A DNA stretch of 64,000 nt from a virus: the IMG/VR virus record IMGVR_UViG_3300042544_003795, positions 64,001 to 128,000 of that record; one strand, given 5' to 3'. Shown here in pieces: positions 26,636 through 37,443 of the stretch. The translations under genes and the position numbers were made by a program. The notes under the pieces are model-generated. The model did not search any database and was not told the origin of the DNA. It saw nothing but the letters and a program-made list of their open reading frames with translations. The stretch's first letter is position 1; each line of letters opens with the position of its first letter.

Positions 26636-27373
26636 TTAGTTTGTATAAATTTTTTTAAGATTCTCGGATCTATATTTTGGCCAATATACACTTACATCTT
26701 TATCGTAAAAAATACCCTCTTGACTCTTAATATTAAAATTTATAGATTTTTTTTGATTTTTATAAAATGTATAAATTAAAGCTTCTGGGATTAAATTTTG
26801 TTTCAAATAATCTTCTTTAACTAAAAAATTATAATATTTCGAAAGTAACTTCATTAAAGAATAATCTCCTTGTATGAATCTGTCTTCAGCTACAGGAGGA
26901 TCATAATCGTAAGATCTAACTAAAATAATTTCATTCAATTGCGGAATTAATAATTTTTTAATATTTAAAAATTTAACTAAGTCTAATCTTGTTAATATAA
27001 TCATATCATATTTTTCAGATTTTTTTACTAAATTTATTGATTTAGAAATATTATCTGCCATAGAAAGAATTCTAGCAGAAATTAAATCGTGAGAATTAGT
27101 TATAGGATAATTATATTTTTTACAAATTTTTTTATATTTTTCTAAGTTATATTTGTGAATAATGAATTTAATTTTACACTCTGGCAAATCAAAATTAATA
27201 TTTGCATTAATAGGTATAGTTTGTAAAGATATTTCATCTATTAAATTAGGAATGCTATAATAGAAGTCAACAGTTTGAATATTATGCTCTTTCATTTTTT
27301 CATAAAAGATATGAACATTTTGTAAATTGTCCAAAGATCTCAATAAACCATAAAAACATACCGCTACTTTCAT
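26636..27373 (-). CDS. Glycan-island hypothetical protein (K.A.C..G..R...R.D type)
   Basis: MKVAVCFYGLLR, YD.IILTRLD, DRF, PE. Confidence 0.65.
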   Translation of the reverse strand: MKVAVCFYGLLRSLDNLQNVHIFYEKMKEHNIQTVDFYYSIPNLIDEISLQTIPINANINFDLPECKIKFIIHKYNLEKYKKICKKYNYPITNSHDLISARILSMADNISKSINLVKKSEKYDMIILTRLDLVKFLNIKKLLIPQLNEIILVRSYDYDPPVAEDRFIQGDYSLMKLLSKYYNFLVKEDYLKQNLIPEALIYTFYKNQKKSINFNIKSQEGIFYDKDVSVYWPKYRSENLKKIYTN

Positions 27374-27388
27374 TTAAATATAATCTGT

Positions 27389-28153
27389 TTATTTGATCTT
27401 TTTTTTAAAAACCGCATTTTGTCTGCCGTCTGCCCTTTTGATATAATAATCAATGTAATATTGTTCTAAATTTGTATGAAAACTTTGACTCGGTAGCTTA
27501 TCAGATATTCCAAGTTCCGTCATTGCTTCTAGAGAAAAACAAAATCCTCCATTCAACAAATGTAAAACTAAAAGGGCGTGAGGGTCTGGATTATAGTTAT
27601 TAAAAATTCCATTAGCTCTAATTTCCGTTTCTAGGTCAGGTATATTATTATACAAGTCTGCATAATGATCCATTAACTCGGAATTAGATATGCAAACCCA
27701 ATCTCCAAACCAGCCATCATCGTGTGTTAAAGTATATGTATTAACATTTATATCGTCTAAATTAAATTTTGAATTTATTATTAAATCTGGTCTAGTAGAT
27801 AAAACTATATCAAACTTTATATTATTCTTTTCTTCAAAAATAGACTTGCTCACATTGGAGCAGTATATTATCTTGTACTGAGAGTGAGTTCTATCTAAAA
27901 AAATATCAAACTCATTAATGCCAACAATAATATCCTCTTTTACTTCTTTAATTAATTGAGCGTCTGTCCTGACATTTTTGTAAGGAGTGTTATCATGGTC
28001 CCAATCTAAAAAAGACCAAGTTTGCAAGAAAAAGTAAAAATCGTAATTATGATTTTTATTTACTAAAAAGTTTTCTAAATTTTTAATACATAAATTTAAA
28101 ACTTCATAATTTCTTATATGTCCTCTTAGCAGTATAGCTACTTTTTTTTTCAT
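27389..28153 (-). CDS. Glycan-island hypothetical protein, paralog of 26636-27373
   Basis: KVAILLRGHIR, FDIV..TRPDL, DW. Confidence 0.65.
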   Translation of the reverse strand: MKKKVAILLRGHIRNYEVLNLCIKNLENFLVNKNHNYDFYFFLQTWSFLDWDHDNTPYKNVRTDAQLIKEVKEDIIVGINEFDIFLDRTHSQYKIIYCSNVSKSIFEEKNNIKFDIVLSTRPDLIINSKFNLDDINVNTYTLTHDDGWFGDWVCISNSELMDHYADLYNNIPDLETEIRANGIFNNYNPDPHALLVLHLLNGGFCFSLEAMTELGISDKLPSQSFHTNLEQYYIDYYIKRADGRQNAVFKKKIK

Positions 28154-28851
28154 TGTTTAATCTCTTTGTTAAACCATTCTTGTTCTAAATTATATACCTC
28201 TTCAGAAGAAAGATACCCGGTTTCGTGAGACGTATTTATAATACCAGTTTTGTACAAGGGAAAACTTCTTTTGACTAAAACCGTGAGACCATATCTTAAA
28301 CACCCTCCACCATAGGGCAAATTAATAATATCAAAAGTACCATCATTTAATTCTGTATATAAATCAATTACGAACTTTCTACAACCAACATGAGAATAAG
28401 TATCATGAAAAACAATAATACCTTCCTCTGTTAAGTATTTATAAACTTTATTAAAATCATTTTTGATCCCATTATAAGAATGGTCTCCATCAATAAAAGC
28501 AAAGTCTATCTTACCCCCAGTATCTTTAAATAGAATATCTTCAAATTCTTGAGATGTAGTATCTATTTTAGTTAATTTAAAATTTTTATCATCATGTCCT
28601 GATTCTATAAGCTTCCTATCTATATTTTCTTTAGTTGTATTGACTTTATTCGGACCTATGTAAGCTCCTATTTCATCCCAAAAATCATATCCATAAAAAA
28701 AACCAGAATTTACCTTAGCAACAGAAGCTAAATGAATAGATGTATTTCCATATTGCACTCCTATTTCTACTATAGTTTTAGAATTTGATAACAGAGCTAA
28801 TTGTTCTATAAATATAGAATAATTGTAATCATTATTAATTGTTTTTAACAT
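28150..28851 (-). CDS. Class I SAM methyltransferase (Methyltransf_24-like)
   Basis: VEIGV..G.T, FAFIDGDHSY, VFHD. Confidence 0.88.
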   Translation of the reverse strand: MLKTINNDYNYSIFIEQLALLSNSKTIVEIGVQYGNTSIHLASVAKVNSGFFYGYDFWDEIGAYIGPNKVNTTKENIDRKLIESGHDDKNFKLTKIDTTSQEFEDILFKDTGGKIDFAFIDGDHSYNGIKNDFNKVYKYLTEEGIIVFHDTYSHVGCRKFVIDLYTELNDGTFDIINLPYGGGCLRYGLTVLVKRSFPLYKTGIINTSHETGYLSSEEVYNLEQEWFNKEIKQ

Positions 28852-28852
28852 A

Positions 28853-29551
28853 TTATTTTCTTTTAGCTAAAAGTTTTTCTATAGGAGACATCCAACTTGA
28901 ATCATAATTTTCAATAAACTGTGGATAACCTCTACTTAAATAATCGCCAATCAACGAATTATCAACTATACTATACCCTTCGTTTTCAAAAAAAATTCCA
29001 TAAGCTCCCTCCATTGAATAAGCTGCAATTCCGACTTTAGATAAAGAATATTCACTATAAGTTGGTATTATTTTATCAACACCTTTCTCTTTAAAAATTT
29101 TCATTATCTTATTTTTTACAAAGAATATTGGACCTTGAATTGCAAATCCAGAGTATGGAATTTTATAAGGTGTTTCTGATAAAATTGCATCAGTACTTAA
29201 ACTATTATTGTCGCCATTAGAAAAAGGGAAGTAAGCGAAATTTGTAAAATCTTTTTCTTTCAAAAAATCTAAATTATTTTTCACTCTCATTGAGTCATGC
29301 AGGAAATAATAAAAATCTTCATCTGGAAATGCATTGTAAGCTATCCAATATGCTCCTACATGGTAATTTTCATTTTTAACATCTAAAATTTGAATATTTT
29401 TATACAGACTTTGAAGTTCAAAATATGATTTATCTTCACTATTACTATCAATTATTACTATTTTTTCATCCTCATGAAATTTTCTAATATCATCGACTAA
29501 TTGATAAATAAAATTTTTTTCTTTTTGAAATTTGCAAGGTATAACAAACAT
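28853..29551 (-). CDS. Putative glycosyltransferase
   Basis: IVIIDSNS, YFLHDS; context. Confidence 0.6.
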   Translation of the reverse strand: MFVIPCKFQKEKNFIYQLVDDIRKFHEDEKIVIIDSNSEDKSYFELQSLYKNIQILDVKNENYHVGAYWIAYNAFPDEDFYYFLHDSMRVKNNLDFLKEKDFTNFAYFPFSNGDNNSLSTDAILSETPYKIPYSGFAIQGPIFFVKNKIMKIFKEKGVDKIIPTYSEYSLSKVGIAAYSMEGAYGIFFENEGYSIVDNSLIGDYLSRGYPQFIENYDSSWMSPIEKLLAKRK

Positions 29552-30121
29552 TTATTTAAGAATTTTTACTATTTTTTGCTCGTCTCTGTCCGTAAGATAA
29601 TGATCAATAAATTCATATTGTCTATTAAAATCTTTTACCCATTCATAAAAACACTTCTGTTCATGATTCCCATGTTGAGATCCACTTCCATTAAAAACCC
29701 ACTCATCAAAAACAATTATAGTATTCGGAACTATGAAGTCATTGAGTTTATATAAAACAGTTTTTGTAGACGAATATAAATCACAATCAACATGCAGAAT
29801 CCCTATAGGTTTTGCAATTTTAATATAATTACCTATGGTCTCTTCAAACCAACCCTTAAAGAAGGTAATTCCTTCTATTTTAGGAACATCACCTTTTGTA
29901 GAAAAATAACCCTTACGACAAACTCCATGTCCAGCTATACTCCCATCTTCACAAGCCCAATCCTCTGGTAAGCCTTCGAAAGAATCAAAACCAAAAATTT
30001 TAAAGGATTCGTCAAGATTTTTTCTTAATATAGAAATTGTTCTCCCTTTAAAAACTCCAAATTCTAACACATCTTTTAAATTATTATCTATTAATTTTAA
30101 TGCTTTTTCTAAATGAGTCAT
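29552..30121 (-). CDS. TylF/MycF-like O-methyltransferase
   Basis: LEFGV..G, FDSFEGLP, KGWF..T, HVDCDLY.S, FDE. Confidence 0.88.
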   Translation of the reverse strand: MTHLEKALKLIDNNLKDVLEFGVFKGRTISILRKNLDESFKIFGFDSFEGLPEDWACEDGSIAGHGVCRKGYFSTKGDVPKIEGITFFKGWFEETIGNYIKIAKPIGILHVDCDLYSSTKTVLYKLNDFIVPNTIIVFDEWVFNGSGSQHGNHEQKCFYEWVKDFNRQYEFIDHYLTDRDEQKIVKILK

Positions 30122-30122
30122 A

Positions 30123-30773
30123 TTATAATTTTTCTAAGATTGATGTTATATGTTTTTTATCTTCGTTCAGGTCAAATATTCTTATACTTTTTAAGTTATC
30201 TTTGATATATTTTATATCTCCTTCATTTATAAAAGGAGTAATAAGCTCTCCATTGACTTCCATTTTCTTTAGAACATTGTAGGCTGTTTCAGGGGAATCC
30301 TCGCAGAGACCTAACGGAGATAGCCAGTCTTTCATAAAAGATGTGTGCAAATCTTCAACAATATAAATTCCTTTATTTTTTAAGAATTTAAAAAGATAGC
30401 CGAGAGTTATCTGTTGATGAGTAGGAACATGTCCTCCATCATCTATAATTAGATCAAAATCACCTCCAACATCCTTGATAAGATTGTTAAGATCATTATC
30501 AATAGCTTGATTACCAAGTCTTGTTACTATCCTCTGCTCAGAGAACAATTGACGAGCTTGAACATCCATACCATATACAGTAGCATTTGGGAAGAAATCT
30601 CTCCACATTCTTAACGAGAATCCATCATCTATCCCTATTTCTAAAACTTTTTTAATATCAAATCTTTTATAATTTAAAAAATCATCATATATCTCACTGA
30701 ATCCATGATGAGGGTATTTTGTAGTACCCTTGTCTGTTCCATAAGAATTAGCTATTTGCGTAAGTAATTTCAT
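30123..30773 (-). CDS. Sugar O-methyltransferase (MycE/TylE C-terminal-like)
   Basis: GTDK, LEIG, SLRMW..FFP, IIDDG.H, YIVEDL. Confidence 0.85.
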   Translation of the reverse strand: MKLLTQIANSYGTDKGTTKYPHHGFSEIYDDFLNYKRFDIKKVLEIGIDDGFSLRMWRDFFPNATVYGMDVQARQLFSEQRIVTRLGNQAIDNDLNNLIKDVGGDFDLIIDDGGHVPTHQQITLGYLFKFLKNKGIYIVEDLHTSFMKDWLSPLGLCEDSPETAYNVLKKMEVNGELITPFINEGDIKYIKDNLKSIRIFDLNEDKKHITSILEKL

Positions 30774-30776
30774 ATT

Positions 30777-31490
30777 TTAATAAGTCAAAGAAATTCCTGT
30801 ATCCTGAACCATCGTCAAATTATTGTCATTCCACTCTTCGAAATCCCATTTAATAGTATTTAAGTCATTAAAAAAACGTCTTACTTCTCTAAGTCTATAA
30901 TCCCAAACATTATCTACTACAATTAATGTTTCTGAATGTGAAATTTTCAAAGCGTGTTGCCAATCTTTCATAGCTCCTTCATAAGAATGATCTCCATCAA
31001 TAAAAATTAAATCAAATCCCCCATCTGGGGCAATACTCTTTAAGATCTCTGAATTTTTATTAAAAAGTTCTTCATTAGAATAATTTACGAAGTTTTTGTA
31101 CACTATTCCGGGATCAGTCATTTTCCATTCATCGTAGTCAGTTTTATATGGGTACCAATAATTAGGCTTAATTCTTTTAGGTAAGTTATTTGTAGTTCCA
31201 TATCCGTCATACCCTCCTTTCTTAATATCAAAAGAATGAATTACACCTTCATCTTCCGATAAGTAAGTATCCATTGCCTCTGACATGGCCTTTGTGCTAT
31301 CAAAATGATATGAACCTATCTCTAAAATATTTTTAGGCTTAATCATTCTAACCAATGTATTCATACAAGCCCTACAATGAGTTGAACAACCATGATATTT
31401 TGTTCCCTGTAAAATTCCGTTCTCTGGACCTCTATCTATATAGAAATCTTTGAAATTATTTTTTATATATTCTATTTTATTCATGCTCAT
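30777..31490 (-). CDS. Class I SAM methyltransferase (Methyltransf_24-like)
   Basis: LEIGS, FDLIFIDGDHSY, VDN. Confidence 0.85.
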   Translation of the reverse strand: MSMNKIEYIKNNFKDFYIDRGPENGILQGTKYHGCSTHCRACMNTLVRMIKPKNILEIGSYHFDSTKAMSEAMDTYLSEDEGVIHSFDIKKGGYDGYGTTNNLPKRIKPNYWYPYKTDYDEWKMTDPGIVYKNFVNYSNEELFNKNSEILKSIAPDGGFDLIFIDGDHSYEGAMKDWQHALKISHSETLIVVDNVWDYRLREVRRFFNDLNTIKWDFEEWNDNNLTMVQDTGISLTY

Positions 31491-32863
31491 TGTTTCTTAT
31501 AATTTTCTAAAAAATAATTAAGATCTTCAGGAGTTCCAAGGCCCCACATATTTTCAGCATGGAATGTCATTACTTTCTTTTTGTCTTCAATTGCTTGATT
31601 AAAAACAGGGCAAACATAAAATTCTTTATTAACACGAATATCTTTTTTAATCATTCGTTCTGCATATTTTACAAAATCTGAACCATTTTTCCAAAAATAA
31701 TAACCTATCGTAGCTTTATCCGAAATTGGATTTTTTTCAGCTACTTCTGTAACTAATCCATTCTCATCGACTTTAGCATAACTCCATTTTGGATGAGTAC
31801 TACTAAATGTAACGATACCCCCATCAGAATTGGTTTCCTGCATCTTATACATAAATTCGCTAGAATTCCAATCTACATATTGATCAGAATTAGCAAAAAA
31901 TAATGGATTATCATTATTGATTAATTCTTTAGCTATTAAAGCTGTACATGCGGCCCCTTCTGTTAAACCATCCACTTCTAATACTCGACAGTTTGGTGTG
32001 ATTAAATTTAATAATGAATCTAGATTATACTTTTCTCTATGAGACTTTTGAACAATATAAATATAATTAGCTTCTATATTCAAAGCTTCTATAACAACTT
32101 GAATCATGGGTTTTCCGTTTACCTCGACTAAAGGTTTTGGGAAAGTATACCCCGCTTTTTCAAAGCGAGAACCTGCTCCAGCCATTGGAATTAAAACATT
32201 TAGCTTATTATCTACCCATTTAGGAATCATAGGTTTAGAGTTTGTATTAATAGATTTTATTTTAGAGAAAACATTTTCAGATACCACTTCTGAAGAATCC
32301 CTTACTCTAAGTACATGAGATTGACTTCTTTGTGCCGCTAATAATCCATAAGGAGAGTCTTCTACAATCAATGTTTCTTCACTTAGACATTCGGCTTCCG
32401 AAATAGCTTTCCAATACATTTCTGGATGAGGTTTACTATTTTTTACATCCTCATTAGATAATACAAAATCAAAATAATTAATAATTTGCAATCTTTTTAA
32501 TACAGTCAAAATTGTTTTTTTAATAGAATTTGAACAACAAGCTATTTTATATTTATTATCCGATAATTTTTTTATAAGATTTAAAATATTTTCATTCACT
32601 TCTATTCTCTGTAAATGCTCTATAGTATATCTTTGCTTATTTTCCCATATACTATGATGAGAACTCTCTGGCAATCCTTTGTACTGGGTTAGCATAGAAA
32701 GTTTTTGACTTGTTTTTAAACCATCATATAAACTTATATGCTCAGATTCTAGTATAACAAATTCTTCTCCAACTTCTCGAAGAGCACGATTTAAAGATTC
32801 AAAATGAATTTTTTTTATATCTACTAAAACTCCATCTAAATCAAATATTACTAATTTTATCAT
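31487..32863 (-). CDS. HAD phosphatase fused to sugar nucleotidyltransferase
   Basis: FDLDGVL, KPHP, VEDS; IPMAGAGSRF..PKPL, NSDQ, EK, EFY, LGTPEDL. Confidence 0.9.
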   Translation of the reverse strand: MIKLVIFDLDGVLVDIKKIHFESLNRALREVGEEFVILESEHISLYDGLKTSQKLSMLTQYKGLPESSHHSIWENKQRYTIEHLQRIEVNENILNLIKKLSDNKYKIACCSNSIKKTILTVLKRLQIINYFDFVLSNEDVKNSKPHPEMYWKAISEAECLSEETLIVEDSPYGLLAAQRSQSHVLRVRDSSEVVSENVFSKIKSINTNSKPMIPKWVDNKLNVLIPMAGAGSRFEKAGYTFPKPLVEVNGKPMIQVVIEALNIEANYIYIVQKSHREKYNLDSLLNLITPNCRVLEVDGLTEGAACTALIAKELINNDNPLFFANSDQYVDWNSSEFMYKMQETNSDGGIVTFSSTHPKWSYAKVDENGLVTEVAEKNPISDKATIGYYFWKNGSDFVKYAERMIKKDIRVNKEFYVCPVFNQAIEDKKKVMTFHAENMWGLGTPEDLNYFLENYKKQ

Positions 32864-32935
32864 TTTAACGAATCTTTCATATCCAAATAATTGCCGAGTT
32901 ATTGACCATTAAATTAAAGATATAGTTTCTATACA

Positions 32936-33619
32936 TTAAGAAAGTGCAATAATTTTATTTAGAGTTTCCTTTGAAGTTTCTTCAAATACCCTATCTTTTC
33001 CGGCTTTTGTAATAATAACCTCGGAATGAGGATTCATTGAAAATTTATATTTTTCTCTAACCTGTTTAGACCAAATCACATCTTCGCCTTCTCCCCAACT
33101 AAGCCTTTCATCTAAAGGAAATTCTAACATAATATTTTTTTTGACTATAAAATATCCTCCAGAAATATACATGAATTTTGTTAAATGAGAAATATTGTAA
33201 GGAATCAAACATTCTCTTCCCACAACACCGTCCATCCAGTTTCCATTATGAGGCCAAATACACCAGTCTCTAAATCGAGAGCCATCTGTATTAATTATTT
33301 TATCCATTCTAATTTCAAAGTCATTACCTCGACATAGTTGGCCTTGATACCATTTTTCACCTAAAATAAAATAATCATGCATAAATACAAGATTATCATA
33401 CTGAGCAGTTTTGACTATTAAATTTTTCTTTCTAGTTATCCAAGCCGATTTTCTACTTTCATCAAAAATAATAGATTTTACATTTTTTCGATTATACTCA
33501 TGAGGTCCAACTACAATTATTTCATATCCTTTTATACCCTGAGATTCAATAGAATCAAAAATCATTTCCATTCTGTCGTCTGAATGGCCATCTGTAATAA
33601 TCCCAAAAGTAAAATTCAT
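32936..33619 (-). CDS. GT2-like glycosyltransferase
   Basis: YEIIVVG, KKN, FMHD, GEDV.WS. Confidence 0.78.
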   Translation of the reverse strand: MNFTFGIITDGHSDDRMEMIFDSIESQGIKGYEIIVVGPHEYNRKNVKSIIFDESRKSAWITRKKNLIVKTAQYDNLVFMHDYFILGEKWYQGQLCRGNDFEIRMDKIINTDGSRFRDWCIWPHNGNWMDGVVGRECLIPYNISHLTKFMYISGGYFIVKKNIMLEFPLDERLSWGEGEDVIWSKQVREKYKFSMNPHSEVIITKAGKDRVFEETSKETLNKIIALS

Positions 33620-34431
33620 ATATATTTAGATAAAAATTCTGAAAATATGTAGTCGTCTATTAATTTATACCCGGCAATAAGCTCGAAGTTTCTTTTAACG
33701 CTTTCAATTTTTGAAAAATATAAATCAGGATTTAAATCTTCTATATCTATATCATCTAAAAATAAAATACCATTCGAATCAAAATGATCGCTGATTTCCC
33801 TTGTGCCTTTGTAAATAGGAATGGTTCCAGTAGCAAAACAATCTAAAATTTTTTCTGTAAAGTATGTATCATATGTAGCATTTTCTATAGCAATTGAAAA
33901 CATATAATCTTTAAGCCCCTCCTCTTTTTCTTCTATCTCTCTAAATCCTCTTCCATATACATCTATTTTATCTTTATTTTTCTCGGCGAAATTTACCCTA
34001 TATTTCTGTTGTTCTGTCCAGACTTTATTAGATGTAATCATAGAAATTAATCTAGATTTATCATAAATTTTAGGATTTTTTATCCATGAATTTGTAGTGT
34101 AAACTTTATGGAATTTATTGCTTAAAGAAGATATTTCATCACTATAAGTAAATACATCTTCAAAAGTATCTTCTATAAGTTTTATATTATTTTTAACTAT
34201 TTCTATAGCTCCTCCATTAAATTCGGGAGACTCTAATAACCACAGGAATTTAATTTTATCACAATTTTCATTTACAGCTATAGATAAATCAGAGTCTACA
34301 TAAACAGAAACTTTAGAATTTTTTGTTTCATAATCCCATTCAAATAATTCGGGAGTGCAATTATGACAAGATGAATTCCCATGAGAAAAACATTTTGATA
34401 TCATATTAATCTTATTCATATTTTTATTCAT
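33616..34431 (-). CDS. GT10 alpha-1,3-fucosyltransferase-like
   Basis: YMFSIAIEN...YFTEKI.D....TIPIY.G. Confidence 0.88.
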   Translation of the reverse strand: MNKNMNKINMISKCFSHGNSSCHNCTPELFEWDYETKNSKVSVYVDSDLSIAVNENCDKIKFLWLLESPEFNGGAIEIVKNNIKLIEDTFEDVFTYSDEISSLSNKFHKVYTTNSWIKNPKIYDKSRLISMITSNKVWTEQQKYRVNFAEKNKDKIDVYGRGFREIEEKEEGLKDYMFSIAIENATYDTYFTEKILDCFATGTIPIYKGTREISDHFDSNGILFLDDIDIEDLNPDLYFSKIESVKRNFELIAGYKLIDDYIFSEFLSKYI

Positions 34432-35188
34432 CTGAAGCTTTTAAAAAACCATTACTATAAAAAACAGGGACTTTTATAAAACTATCTAAATATATTTCAT
34501 CCATATCTGGTCCTTTAGGTCCAGTCCATAAACTAGGAACTATAACTTTTTTACTTACATTTCTATTTAAAAAAGAGCCCCACCAAGAAAATGTAGAGTT
34601 TGATATAATATTATTCCCACATAGACTCATCATCCATAACTCCTCATAATCTTCTAAATCTTCAACTACTGTAAAATTGCTATTATTAAAATTTTCTTTA
34701 GCCCAAGCTTTATCATCTGAGAAAACGAAAACTTTACTGTAATCTCCTATTGTCTCAATAGCTTTATTTATATAAGAAATATCTACGATAGGAAGGATAT
34801 CTGATATAGTTAGATAGTCTCCTCTTCTTATATGAATAGATAGAGTCCCATTACAAGATAAATCTGGATAGCTTTGATATACTTTATTAAAGAAATCAGA
34901 AGAAGGTGAAAACATTCTCTTTATATCACTTTCAATTTCTTTAAAATACTTAACACTTTGAAAATATCCATTCAGTACTAAAGAATTAGCGTATTCATCT
35001 TCAGTCATTGAAAAATCAATATTCCTAAAAATATTATTAGTATACTTAGAAGGCTGAAATGCTTGCATAGGGGTGTATGCTTGTGGCATAAATTTGTATT
35101 CAATCCCATATTTTCTAGATTCAGATATTACATTTGAAATCTGAAACATTTGATTTCCCAAACCACCTTGAAGAAAAGAAGTTATCAT
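34424..35188 (-). CDS. GT11 alpha-1,2-fucosyltransferase-like
   Basis: GGLGNQMFQ, GYFQS.KYF, HIRRGDY, FSDD, NSTFSWW. Confidence 0.92.
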   Translation of the reverse strand: MITSFLQGGLGNQMFQISNVISESRKYGIEYKFMPQAYTPMQAFQPSKYTNNIFRNIDFSMTEDEYANSLVLNGYFQSVKYFKEIESDIKRMFSPSSDFFNKVYQSYPDLSCNGTLSIHIRRGDYLTISDILPIVDISYINKAIETIGDYSKVFVFSDDKAWAKENFNNSNFTVVEDLEDYEELWMMSLCGNNIISNSTFSWWGSFLNRNVSKKVIVPSLWTGPKGPDMDEIYLDSFIKVPVFYSNGFLKASDE

Positions 35189-35197
35189 TTTAATATA

Positions 35198-35902
35198 TTA
35201 AGAATATAAATTATTAATTGCAGTTTTATGTCTGTTTTCCAAATCTGAATAATCAGTTATACGATTTTCAATAGAAGAAAAACCCGGACTTTGACTACAT
35301 AACATTTCTTTACTAATAAAACATGAATTATTAAAACAAAAATATTTAGCTAAAAAAATATCAAATATTTTATAAGAATGCATCTCTTCAATAAAAATAG
35401 ACTCATTCGGAAAAATTTCTAATATTTTCAAAATACCTTTTCTTGAAAAAGAGATAGCATGACAACAGTAAGCACTGTTCAACTTAAAAAGATTATCAGA
35501 AAACTTTTCTATAGGATAGATTGTGTAGTCATACATTATATTAGCACCTAAATAAAATATATCCCAGTCTAAAGGCAGACTATCTATAGATTGCTTTAAA
35601 AATAAATTTGTACTCTCTTTATCATAAATAAATTCAAAATCATCTTCAAAAATTAAAACTGAATTAAAGTTTTTCGCATAAGCATCTTTAATTACTCTAT
35701 AAAAAGATAACGAACACCCCAATTGAGATTTATCTTTTTCTGATAAAAAAGTATAATCATTATCATTTATTTTTACGCCATTAAATTTTTCGAAATTATC
35801 AATCCCATAATTATTAAAATTTATTAAAGAATTTTCAAATCTATCTTTTCTTTCTTCAAGATTTATAAGATATATTTTTTCAAAGAAAGAGAATGCATTC
35901 AT
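35198..35902 (-). CDS. Glycosyltransferase family 25
   Basis: INLEERKDR, LGC.LS, IFEDD, WDIFYLG. Confidence 0.88.
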   Translation of the reverse strand: MNAFSFFEKIYLINLEERKDRFENSLINFNNYGIDNFEKFNGVKINDNDYTFLSEKDKSQLGCSLSFYRVIKDAYAKNFNSVLIFEDDFEFIYDKESTNLFLKQSIDSLPLDWDIFYLGANIMYDYTIYPIEKFSDNLFKLNSAYCCHAISFSRKGILKILEIFPNESIFIEEMHSYKIFDIFLAKYFCFNNSCFISKEMLCSQSPGFSSIENRITDYSDLENRHKTAINNLYS

Positions 35903-36594
35903 AAAATAGATTTAAAATATTCAAATCGGTTGGACATTAAATTTGTATAATCGAAAAATGCATTTTCTATAGATGAAAAAGCAGGCTCTTGCAAACATAA
36001 AATATCTTTCCATACAAAACATTTGTTAGAAACTTGAAAATCTTTTGCAAAAAAAACATCTATGGCTTCATAATTTTTCATTAAATTTTCTAACCAATCT
36101 CCTTTACCTTCAAAAAAATTTAAAATTTTATTTAATGCTTCTTTAGAAAAACAAACGCTATGTAAAGCATACCCACTATTTAATTTAAGTAAATTTTCAG
36201 AATATTTTTCGATAGGGTTTGACATTATCTCATTCATTACATTCGCGCCTAAATAAAACATATCCCAATTCTCTGGCATTTCCTTAAAAGCTCTATCTAA
36301 ATTATTTATAATTTCATCTTTAGATACAGTAAAATCAAAATCATCTTCTAAAACTAAAATTTTTTCATAACTATTTTTAGAAGCATCTTTAAATACATTA
36401 TAAAAAGAAGCCGCGCAACCTATTTGACCTAATTTTTTAGAACTTAAATTGCCATTTACTTTAACACCATCAAATCTTACATAATTAGTAATCCCATACT
36501 CTTTAAATTTTTCCTCGCACAGATCCCATCTATCTTTTCTCTCTTCAAGATTAATACAATAGACCTTATCAAAAAAACTACATATACTTCTCAT
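35899..36594 (-). CDS. Glycosyltransferase family 25 (tandem paralog)
   Basis: INLEERKDR, IGC..S, VLEDD, WDMFYLG. Confidence 0.88.
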   Translation of the reverse strand: MRSICSFFDKVYCINLEERKDRWDLCEEKFKEYGITNYVRFDGVKVNGNLSSKKLGQIGCAASFYNVFKDASKNSYEKILVLEDDFDFTVSKDEIINNLDRAFKEMPENWDMFYLGANVMNEIMSNPIEKYSENLLKLNSGYALHSVCFSKEALNKILNFFEGKGDWLENLMKNYEAIDVFFAKDFQVSNKCFVWKDILCLQEPAFSSIENAFFDYTNLMSNRFEYFKSIL

Positions 36595-37425
36595 TTAGTT
36601 TTCAAATATTGAAACAGTTTTATCTTTTGATTCTCTAAGGAAATTTATTAATTCCAATCCTCTTAAACTGCACCAGCTTTCTAAAAGATATGCTATGTTT
36701 TGATTTCCTATTACATCTGTATTAAGACAATTAGCTTCAATACAAACCCTAGAAAGAGTTTCAAAAACTTTAGGGAAAAATACAAAATTTCTAGAGGAAG
36801 CTAAAATTTCACAGAATTTTTTATGCTCTGTATTATGATTTATTCCTATATAATTATAATTATTCTTTAAACAAAAATCTTTTGCTCCTTTTGCATTTTT
36901 TTGTTCATATAAATGATCCATAAAACATGCATCATATTTTTTATCTATATTTTGCAAAGACTCTAGATTAATCAAATTTTCTTCTGACCAAAGATTGACA
37001 CTAGATTCCACATTGCTTAATTCTAAATTTAGCTCAATTATTTTTTTGTGAGTTGAGCTTTGTGCTACTATTTTGTAGGAATTCTTATATAAATTATAAT
37101 TAGCAATTTCGCTTTTAGGAGCTATGAAGTTTTCATATATACTTGGATCTCGACTCTTTAAAAATTTATGATCATGCTCATATATAATATATTTTTTATT
37201 TTTTAGAGCATTTACAGACCCAGAAGGTAATCCTCCAAAATTACCAATAATAAAAATATCAGAATCGCAATTAGAAATATAATCAGGAGAACAAAAAAAT
37301 GAGTAAACTCTTTCTACTGAATGACCTTTTTTTGAAAGACATTCAATAAGTTCTTTATTACAAGTTTCTCCTCCTCCTGAAAAACCATCTTCATAAAATT
37401 CATCTGATATAAATGTATATTTCAT
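36595..37425 (-). CDS. GT-B (GT4-like) glycosyltransferase
   Basis: GGGE, G..V, FP..FET..R...EA. Confidence 0.72.
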   Translation of the reverse strand: MKYTFISDEFYEDGFSGGGETCNKELIECLSKKGHSVERVYSFFCSPDYISNCDSDIFIIGNFGGLPSGSVNALKNKKYIIYEHDHKFLKSRDPSIYENFIAPKSEIANYNLYKNSYKIVAQSSTHKKIIELNLELSNVESSVNLWSEENLINLESLQNIDKKYDACFMDHLYEQKNAKGAKDFCLKNNYNYIGINHNTEHKKFCEILASSRNFVFFPKVFETLSRVCIEANCLNTDVIGNQNIAYLLESWCSLRGLELINFLRESKDKTVSIFEN

Positions 37426-37443
37426 ATTTACAGTTTAAATATT

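Noticed and set aside
13699-37425. Bacterial O-antigen/capsule locus (cellular origin)
   Set aside because: No wzx/wzy/ABC exporter; continuous in strand, composition and promoter type with flanking phage genes
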